Positions 45,151 to 51,563 of a stretch of 51,563 nt of DNA are shown here, piece by piece (position 1 is the stretch's first letter; every line of letters starts with the position of its first letter). Below the pieces are notes generated by a model that made no database searches, was not told the origin of the DNA, and worked only from the letters and a program-made list of their open reading frames with translations. The DNA is from Eubacteriales bacterium (lineage in GTDB: Bacteria > Bacillota > Clostridia > Oscillospirales > CAG-382). Location of the stretch: the NCBI GenBank assembly GCA_045596605.1, contig JAZOCR010000159.1, forward strand, positions 1-51,563, written 5' to 3'. The translations under genes and the position numbers were made by a program.

Positions 45151-46002
45151 ATGACAACATATATTTATGCCGACTTACTTTTTATAATAAATCTTCTTTC
45201 GGATTATCTTATATTGTTTCTCACTTCAAGATTCACCTGCTCGAGAACAAATCTTTTTCGCCTTTTAATTGCCTCCGGTACGGGGGCTGTTTTCGGCACT
45301 GCCGTAACTTGCACCGGACTTCGTGGAGCGTTGCTCTTTATTCTTATAATTGCGGTTTCACTTATCATGTGCCTAATCGCTTTTGGAAAACGGCGAAAAC
45401 GCCCATTTGCAAGTCTTTTATTCTTTTTTTATCTATCTTCGGTCTTGCTTTATGGAGGTATGTACATGGCACTCTCGTTTTTTACTATAATCTACAAAAA
45501 CGCCGCAGAAAATATCGGCTTCGTCTCTGTGATTATTTTACTGTTGGCAGTTTTCTTCATATATATAGCTACATCCGGTATCTTAAGCCGTGGTGTAAAA
45601 AACCAAAGCAACAACGTAAAGGTGGAAATATGCGATGGCTGCAAGACCTATGTTCTTGATTTTTTGTGCGACAGCGGAAATTTAGCAAAAGACCCATTTT
45701 CAGGAAAGCCAGTTACCATTGTAAGTAAAAACTCAGTTGACAGTGCTCTTGTCACCGCACTTTCCCAATCCTTTGGCGATAAGGAAACAGACGACAATTA
45801 CCGGCATATAAAGCCACGTGTTATTCCGCTTAAAACCGTAAGCGGAACGACTCTTTTATATGCATTCATACCGGAAAGTATGTTTGTTTACGTAGGCAGG
45901 CAAAAGCACAGAATTGACTCTATTGTTGCAATTGACACACATGAAAATGCTTTCTTCGGCAAAGACGGAATTATACCGGGAGAGCTTCTTGAGATGTTGT
46001 AA
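45151..46002 (+). CDS. spoIIGA: Sigma-E processing peptidase SpoIIGA
   Basis: N-terminus YIYADLLFIINLLSDYLILFLT. Aspartic protease motif LCDSGN. Lies directly upstream of sigE. Confidence 0.93.
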   Translation: MTTYIYADLLFIINLLSDYLILFLTSRFTCSRTNLFRLLIASGTGAVFGTAVTCTGLRGALLFILIIAVSLIMCLIAFGKRRKRPFASLLFFFYLSSVLLYGGMYMALSFFTIIYKNAAENIGFVSVIILLLAVFFIYIATSGILSRGVKNQSNNVKVEICDGCKTYVLDFLCDSGNLAKDPFSGKPVTIVSKNSVDSALVTALSQSFGDKETDDNYRHIKPRVIPLKTVSGTTLLYAFIPESMFVYVGRQKHRIDSIVAIDTHENAFFGKDGIIPGELLEML

Positions 46003-46073
46003 GCAAGGTAATAAGAAAATATAACAAAGCATCAGACAGTAATGCCGCATTCTGCGACGGATAGGAGATATAT

Positions 46074-46847
46074 ATGGCAAAAGATAAACTTAATTTTCGG
46101 CAGAGAAAAAATCAAAATTCGGCAAAAGCTCCCGCCCTTGATTTTTGGTCAAAATTATTTGGCTTTTTCACACTGCACACAAACGAGGTACATTATATAA
46201 ACGGTGCCGAAATACTGCCACCTCCCCTTTGTGCAGAAGAAGAACAACAGCTTATTTCGGAGCTTGGTGAAAATCCCGAGCGTGATGCGGAAATTCGCTC
46301 CGTGCTCGTAGAAAGGAATCTCCGTCTTGTTGTATATATAGCAAAGAAATTTGAAAATACGAAAATAGGAATAGAAGACCTTATTTCTATCGGAACTATA
46401 GGTCTTATGAAAGCAATAAACACATTCAAGGCTGACAAAAACATAAAGCTTGCCACCTATGCTTCAAGATGTATAGAAAACGAAATACTGATGTTCATAC
46501 GCAAAACATCAGTACAGAAAAGTGAGGTGTCTCTTGATGAGCCACTCAACGTTGACTGGGACGGCAACGAGCTGCTTTTATCGGATATTCTCGGCACGGA
46601 CAAGGATGAAATACACAGAGGCATTGAGGCGGCAGAGGAGAAGCAGTGTATTTACGATGCGATAAAGAATCTCTGTAGCCGTGACAGGCAAATAATATGT
46701 ATGAGATTCGGATTTTTTATGGGTGGGAAAGAGATGACCCAAAAGGAGGTTGCAGATGCTCTCGGAATTTCACAGTCATACATATCAAGGCTTGAAAAGA
46801 AAATTATCGCATCACTAAAAAAAGAAATATCAAATTTTTATAGCTGA
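46074..46847 (+). CDS. sigE: Sporulation sigma factor pro-sigma-E
   Basis: Pro-sequence plus [12 protein letters not shown]. Regions 2 and 4 are present (..LVVYIAKKF.., ..[22 protein letters not shown]..). Confidence 0.93.
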   Translation: MAKDKLNFRQRKNQNSAKAPALDFWSKLFGFFTLHTNEVHYINGAEILPPPLCAEEEQQLISELGENPERDAEIRSVLVERNLRLVVYIAKKFENTKIGIEDLISIGTIGLMKAINTFKADKNIKLATYASRCIENEILMFIRKTSVQKSEVSLDEPLNVDWDGNELLLSDILGTDKDEIHRGIEAAEEKQCIYDAIKNLCSRDRQIICMRFGFFMGGKEMTQKEVADALGISQSYISRLEKKIIASLKKEISNFYS

Positions 46848-46852
46848 AGCTT

Positions 46853-46892
46853 AAAAGCCGTACCCGGAAAAATCCGGGTACGGCTTTTGTTT
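46853..46892 (+). terminator. Rho-independent terminator after sigE (bidirectional hairpin)
   Basis: AAAAGCCGTACCCGG-aaaaat-CCGGGTACGGCTTTT followed by GTTT. Confidence 0.85.
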
Positions 46893-46901
46893 AATCTCTA
46901 T

Positions 46902-47471
46902 TTAAATATATTTCCCAAACAAAGGGGCTTTGGGGTTTTCCGAATGCTCATCTATTGCCTTTTCAACCCACACCATATCGTACCATTTTCCGAATTTGTT
47001 TGCACATTTGTGAAAATGAGCACAAAGCGAATAGCCTATATGCTCGTGAAAGAAAAGGCTGTTGTTATCAAGGTGCTCGTCCTCCACAGATGCAAAAGCT
47101 ATACAGGCACAGACGTTGCGTATCCCCATATTTCTCAGTCTTTCTTCAAGCTCCTTATACAGAAGCCCTCCGATGCCCTTTCCCTTTTCCTCCATCTTTA
47201 CGTAAACCGAGGTTTCAACCGACCAGTCATACGCCGCTCTCGGCTTAAATGGACCGGCATAGGCATAGCCTACGATTTCGCCACTGCGTACTGCAACTAT
47301 GTAAGGATATTTTTCAAGGGTGCTTTCTATTCTATGTCTGAACTCCGTAACGTCCGGCACTCTGCACTCAAAGGTTATTGCGGTATTTTCAACATATGGC
47401 CTGTAAATTTCAAGTATTTCAGAAGCGTCGTCAGAACTTGCCAATCGCACTTCAATATTTTTCAAAGACAT
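46902..47471 (-). CDS. GNAT-family N-acetyltransferase (phosphinothricin/L-amino-acid N-acyltransferase-like)
   Basis: IRLASSDDASEILEIYRPYVENTAITFE.. N-terminus and KGKGIGGLL acetyl-CoA loop. Confidence 0.8.
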   Translation of the reverse strand: MSLKNIEVRLASSDDASEILEIYRPYVENTAITFECRVPDVTEFRHRIESTLEKYPYIVAVRSGEIVGYAYAGPFKPRAAYDWSVETSVYVKMEEKGKGIGGLLYKELEERLRNMGIRNVCACIAFASVEDEHLDNNSLFFHEHIGYSLCAHFHKCANKFGKWYDMVWVEKAIDEHSENPKAPLFGKYI

Positions 47472-47480
47472 ATACGCTCC

Positions 47481-48371
47481 TTATTTTGCCTCTTCAATCA
47501 TTGATATAAGCTTTCTTCCTGTTGCATGCAGAAATTCAAGAGCCTTAACAAGAAGCTCACAGTCACCCTTATATGGTGCAAGGCAGGAGCCGCACACCTC
47601 ATAGGTAAAGTCACCTGTGTAGTCAATATCTGCAAGGGCTTTTGTTATTTCCTGCCAATTCATTTTTCCAAAATACGGGAAAGTATGTAAATCGTTCTTA
47701 TGGTCGTTATCGTGAACATGCAGTGCGTGAAGTCTGTCGTGGCCAAGCTCACGGATTGCATTCTCCGCAGCTTCCCCCACAAGTCCGCAGTGTCCAAGGT
47801 CAAGGCAAACATTAAAATATTTCGGGTCAAGTGCCTCGTAGTAATCTGCGAGGTCACGTGCATAGCTGCACACGTTAGGAACAATTCTGCTGCCGTCAAC
47901 CTGGCTGTGTCCCCACATATTCTCAAGTGAAATCTTTATATTATATTCCTCACAAAGAGGAACAAGCTTATTATAAAACTCTATATTAAATTCCTTTTGA
48001 ATTTTCTTATCCGGCACGTCTATCGGATGCACGACAATTTGCTCTGCCCCAAGAATACCAGCCGCTTTTATTGAAGCGTGAAGCTTTTTTTCAATTTTTG
48101 CGTTATATTCTTCTCTTTCCTTCTCATCCTTTAAAAATTTATAGGACGGAAAAGGAGCGTGCGCCTGATTAAAACATATACCGCAATTCTTTGCGGTTTG
48201 TGCAAGGGTTTCGCAGGTTTTCTCCAGCACCTTTTCTTCAAATCTTTCTTTGTAAATTTCAGTATACAGGCTCATATCAAGTGCGTCAAAGCCTATTTCT
48301 GCGAGCTTTTCTATTCCTTCTTCGTAACCAAAGGTATGGAAAATAACTGATGTGGTAGTTGAGAGTTTCAT
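47481..48371 (-). CDS. Sugar phosphate isomerase/epimerase (xylose-isomerase-like TIM barrel)
   Basis: ..ISLENMW.. and ..VCLDLGHC.. / HVHDN metal-ligand patterns. Confidence 0.75.
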   Translation of the reverse strand: MKLSTTTSVIFHTFGYEEGIEKLAEIGFDALDMSLYTEIYKERFEEKVLEKTCETLAQTAKNCGICFNQAHAPFPSYKFLKDEKEREEYNAKIEKKLHASIKAAGILGAEQIVVHPIDVPDKKIQKEFNIEFYNKLVPLCEEYNIKISLENMWGHSQVDGSRIVPNVCSYARDLADYYEALDPKYFNVCLDLGHCGLVGEAAENAIRELGHDRLHALHVHDNDHKNDLHTFPYFGKMNWQEITKALADIDYTGDFTYEVCGSCLAPYKGDCELLVKALEFLHATGRKLISMIEEAK

Positions 48372-48431
48372 TTATATCACCTATCTTCAAATTTATAAGT
48401 TTTACTTTAAAATTCCGAAAATCATTTCTGC

Positions 48432-49622
48432 TTACACACCCGGAATAACAATATCAAAATCAATCATTCTTGAAAGAATATAGTTTGATACGTACATTCC
48501 CCTCTCGGTAAAGGCGTAACCGTTTTTAGTTTTTACGATATGACCGCTACGCAGGAACGGAGTCATCTTAGAAAGATATACCGATTCAAAGGTGCGTCCG
48601 AAGCGGCGTCTGAACTCATCGCAGACAATCCCCTCACCAAGACGCATTCTGAGCATTACGTACTCCGCCATCTGCGTTCCGAACTGAACGTCTATGCACT
48701 TATCCACAATTCCCGGTCCGTCGAAGCTGTCTGTAAAGTTTTTAATATACAAAGACGCACTGTTTTTATAGCAAAAGCGTTTTCCGGAGAAGAATGAGTG
48801 TGCAGATGCACCAAAGCCTATATATTCATCGCAGTTCCAATATTTAAGGTTATGTACGCTTTCATATCCGGGACGTGCAAAGTTTGAAATTTCATAATGC
48901 TTAAAGCCAAGCTTTCTGAGCATCTCGCAGGAAACGTAATACATATCACTCTCGGCGTCCTCGTCGGGAAGCGCAAGCTTATTCTGCGCCTGAAGTGTAT
49001 AAAAGGGAGTACCCTCTTCAATTTTAAGCCCATAAAGCGAAATATGAGTGGCACCGAGCTTTACCGCACGCTCTATGCTTGACAGAACATTCTGAAGACT
49101 CTGACCGGGAAGTCCGAACATTATATCTACGTTTATATTCTTAAAGCCCTCCTTATGCGCCCAATCAAGCGTCATTACATTGTCGTGGGCACTGTGAATT
49201 CTGCCGCAGACCTTAAGGTCGCTATCATAAAAGCTCTGACAACCAATGCTAAGGCGGTTTATTCCTGCTTTTCTGAAAGCAGCAAGCTTTTCTTTGTCCA
49301 CTGTTCCGGGATTTGTTTCAAGGGTTATTTCGCATTTACTTGAAACATAGAAATTCTTTTTTATCTTCTTTAAAATTGCTTTTATTTGTTCTGCAGACAA
49401 AAGTGAGGGCGTTCCGCCGCCAAAGTATATCGAATCAACGGTATAGGGCTGAAGCTGAAGAATATGCTCGTCCATATGAAGCATCAGTGCATCAAGATAA
49501 AGACTTTTAAGCAGCTCATTTGCCGCAGGAATAGAATAAAAATCGCAATAAAGACACTTTTTCATACAAAAAGGAATGTGTATATATATTCCGAGTTTCT
49601 TTTCGCAAACTTCGTTATTCAT
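48432..49622 (-). CDS. hemW: Radical SAM family heme chaperone HemW (HemN-like)
   Basis: YIHIPFCMKKCLYCDF cluster motif. Classical position downstream of lepA. The ATG at 49622 follows AGAAAGGG; the track ORF extends to 49670. Confidence 0.9.
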   Translation of the reverse strand: MNNEVCEKKLGIYIHIPFCMKKCLYCDFYSIPAANELLKSLYLDALMLHMDEHILQLQPYTVDSIYFGGGTPSLLSAEQIKAILKKIKKNFYVSSKCEITLETNPGTVDKEKLAAFRKAGINRLSIGCQSFYDSDLKVCGRIHSAHDNVMTLDWAHKEGFKNINVDIMFGLPGQSLQNVLSSIERAVKLGATHISLYGLKIEEGTPFYTLQAQNKLALPDEDAESDMYYVSCEMLRKLGFKHYEISNFARPGYESVHNLKYWNCDEYIGFGASAHSFFSGKRFCYKNSASLYIKNFTDSFDGPGIVDKCIDVQFGTQMAEYVMLRMRLGEGIVCDEFRRRFGRTFESVYLSKMTPFLRSGHIVKTKNGYAFTERGMYVSNYILSRMIDFDIVIPGV

Positions 49623-49702
49623 AAAATGCCCTTTCTGTTTAGTCGAGTTTAAGGTATAATCACACCGCAAAGCATTTCTGCCTCACGGTGCAAAATAAAT
49701 AC

Positions 49703-51523
49703 TTAGTCTTCGTCGAATTTGAGTACAGCCATAAACGCTTCCTGCGGAACCTCAACAGAGCCCAGTGAGCGCATACGCTTTTTACCCTCTTTCTGCTTTT
49801 CAAGCAGCTTCTTTTTTCTGGTAATATCGCCGCCGTAGCACTTTGCAAGAACGTCTTTTCTGAGTGCTCTTACAGTTTCTCTTGCAATAACCTTGCCACC
49901 TATTGCCGCCTGAACGGGAATTTCAAAAAGCTGTCTCGGAATATTGTCCTTTAGCTTTTCGGCAATTTTTCTCGCTCTTCCATATGCCTTATCGGTGTGA
50001 ACAATAAAGGAAAGTGCATCAACGATATCGCCGTTGAGAAGAATATCCAGCTTTACGAGCTTTGACGGCTCATAGCCTGCAATTTCGTAGTCAAGGGAAG
50101 CATAGCCCTTGCTTCTTGATTTCAGTGCGTCAAAAAAGTCGTATACTATTTCGTTAAGCGGAAGCTTATAGTGAAGCTCGGCACGGTTTGAGTCAACGTA
50201 CTTCATATCAATGTACGTTCCTCGTCTGTCCTGACACAGCTCCATAATGCCGCCGACGTATTCGGTGGGAGTTATAATGCTTGCACGGACTATCGGCTCA
50301 CTTACGTGGTCAACTGTGTCGCCCTGCGGGAAATTTACGGGATTATCGATTCGGTAAACACTTCCGTCGTGGCGTGTAACCTCGTATATAACGCTGGGTG
50401 CAGTAGTAATAAGGTCGAGATTGAATTCTCTTTCAAGTCGCTCCTCGATAACCTCCATATGAAGAAGTCCGAGGAAGCCGCATCTGAAGCCAAAGCCAAG
50501 AGCTATAGATGTTTCCGGCTCGTAGGTAAGTGCCGCATCGTTAAGAGCAAGCTTTTCAAGGGCGTCACGAAGGTCGCCGTATCTTGCGCCGTCAGCAGGA
50601 TAAATACCGCTGAACACCACGGGAAGAGCCTCCTTAAATCCGGGGAACGCCTCGTCTGCGGGATTGTCTGCGAGGGTTATTGTGTCACCGACACGGGTAT
50701 CGGAAACCGTCTTTATTGAAGCTGTAATATATCCAACCTCACCGGCAGAAAGCATAGGGTCCTTTTCAAGTCCGAAGGCGCTCATATGACCAACCTCGTT
50801 TACTTCATACGTTATGCCGTTTGACATAAGCTTAATTACGTCGCCCTGCTTTACCTTTCCGTCAAAAACTCTTACGTATACAACGACACCACGATAGGAG
50901 TCATAGTACGAGTCAAAAATAAGAGCCTTAAGCGGTGCGTCTTTATCTCCGATCGGTGCGGGAATATCCCTAACTATACTGTCAAGCACCTGCTCGATAT
51001 TAAGACCTGTTTTTGCTGAGATTGCAGGACAATCTTCTGCCGGAATACCGATAATATCCTCAATTTCATTTCTTACTCTGTCAACGTCTGCAGAGGGCAG
51101 GTCTATTTTGTTTATAACCGGAACTACTTCAAGGTCGTTTTCCACTGCAAGATATGCATTTGCAAGGGTCTGCGCTTCAATACCCTGTGTCGAGTCAACG
51201 ACAAGCAATGCACCGTCGCAGGCCTTCAGTGAACGGGATACCTCATAGTTAAAGTCAACGTGACCGGGAGTGTCAATAAGGTTAAAGTAGTAATCTGTGC
51301 CGTCCTTGTTATAGCGCAGTCTTACGGCTCTCGCCTTAATAGTTATTCCTCTCTCACGCTCAAGCTCCATATCGTCAAGAAGCTGTTCCTCCATTTCACG
51401 GCGTGAAACGGTATCAGTCTTCTCAAGAATTCTGTCCGCAAGGGTTGACTTTCCGTCCTCAATATTTGCTCTTACTGAAAAATTTCTAATATTACTTATT
51501 TTTTCCTTTGCCATCTGTGACAT
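49703..51523 (-). CDS. lepA: Translation elongation factor 4 (LepA)
   Basis: G3 DTPGHVDF and G4 NKID. LepA-specific C-terminal domain (..[21 protein letters not shown]..). The G1 region reads ANIEDGKST rather than the usual AHIDHGKST. Confidence 0.95.
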   Translation of the reverse strand: MSQMAKEKISNIRNFSVRANIEDGKSTLADRILEKTDTVSRREMEEQLLDDMELERERGITIKARAVRLRYNKDGTDYYFNLIDTPGHVDFNYEVSRSLKACDGALLVVDSTQGIEAQTLANAYLAVENDLEVVPVINKIDLPSADVDRVRNEIEDIIGIPAEDCPAISAKTGLNIEQVLDSIVRDIPAPIGDKDAPLKALIFDSYYDSYRGVVVYVRVFDGKVKQGDVIKLMSNGITYEVNEVGHMSAFGLEKDPMLSAGEVGYITASIKTVSDTRVGDTITLADNPADEAFPGFKEALPVVFSGIYPADGARYGDLRDALEKLALNDAALTYEPETSIALGFGFRCGFLGLLHMEVIEERLEREFNLDLITTAPSVIYEVTRHDGSVYRIDNPVNFPQGDTVDHVSEPIVRASIITPTEYVGGIMELCQDRRGTYIDMKYVDSNRAELHYKLPLNEIVYDFFDALKSRSKGYASLDYEIAGYEPSKLVKLDILLNGDIVDALSFIVHTDKAYGRARKIAEKLKDNIPRQLFEIPVQAAIGGKVIARETVRALRKDVLAKCYGGDITRKKKLLEKQKEGKKRMRSLGSVEVPQEAFMAVLKFDED

Positions 51524-51563
51524 TTCCTTTACCTTTGTCTAAAATCTGTCTTACTACTACATC

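Noticed and set aside
45147-45659. ORF 45147..45659 (+)
   Set aside because: It overlaps spoIIGA in another frame. The spoIIGA frame carries the family motifs and the SD.
46887-47504. ORF 46887..47504 (+)
   Set aside because: It lies antisense to the GNAT acetyltransferase gene and begins inside the sigE terminator.

Overview
The window looks like chromosome from a low-GC, endospore-forming Clostridia member; the Oscillospiraceae/Ruminococcaceae-like assignment is inferred from gene content only. About 80% is ordinary core genome, almost all on the minus strand. Core content, left to right:
- rodA-like SEDS gene, an RluA-type pseudouridine synthase, a YihY-family protein and a TIGR01440-family protein
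- pflB-pflA behind what I read as a ZTP (pfl-motif) riboswitch
- two small hydrolases
- a metC-like/dapF/murE operon
- a compact dcw cluster: mraZ-rsmH-ftsL-pbp-mraY-ftsW-murG-ftsQ-ftsZ
- the complete spoIIIAA-AH operon, then spoIIGA-sigE
- a GNAT gene, a TIM-barrel isomerase, and hemW-lepA

There are two accessory regions.

(1) Positions 1-8976 form a visibly more A+T-rich island. It abuts a tRNA-Leu(UAA)/initiator tRNA-Met pair. It carries a fic-hsdM-(small membrane ORF)-hsdS type I R-M operon, with no hsdR in the window. Uncharacterised genes follow hsdS, and three direct copies of the hsdS 3' terminus (..ALMQKYFG-stop) punctuate them. Each copy sits immediately upstream of a different gene cassette:
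- a 2-TM protein
- a tail-anchored protein plus a GHKL-ATPase/STAS-like fusion
- a HAD hydrolase

This hsdS-anchored cassette stack is my best candidate for an undescribed (defence-type) system.

(2) Positions 19032-23860 hold a tandem triplication of an orphan lipoprotein solute-binding gene. The third copy is broken by two single-base losses in poly-A runs.

I found no CRISPR array, rRNA, IS element or integrase. CDS coordinates follow the ORF track. Hand-located coordinates (RNAs, repeats, promoters, terminators, adjusted starts) may be off by 1-2 nt. All functional calls rest on motifs I could read in the translations, not on database searches.
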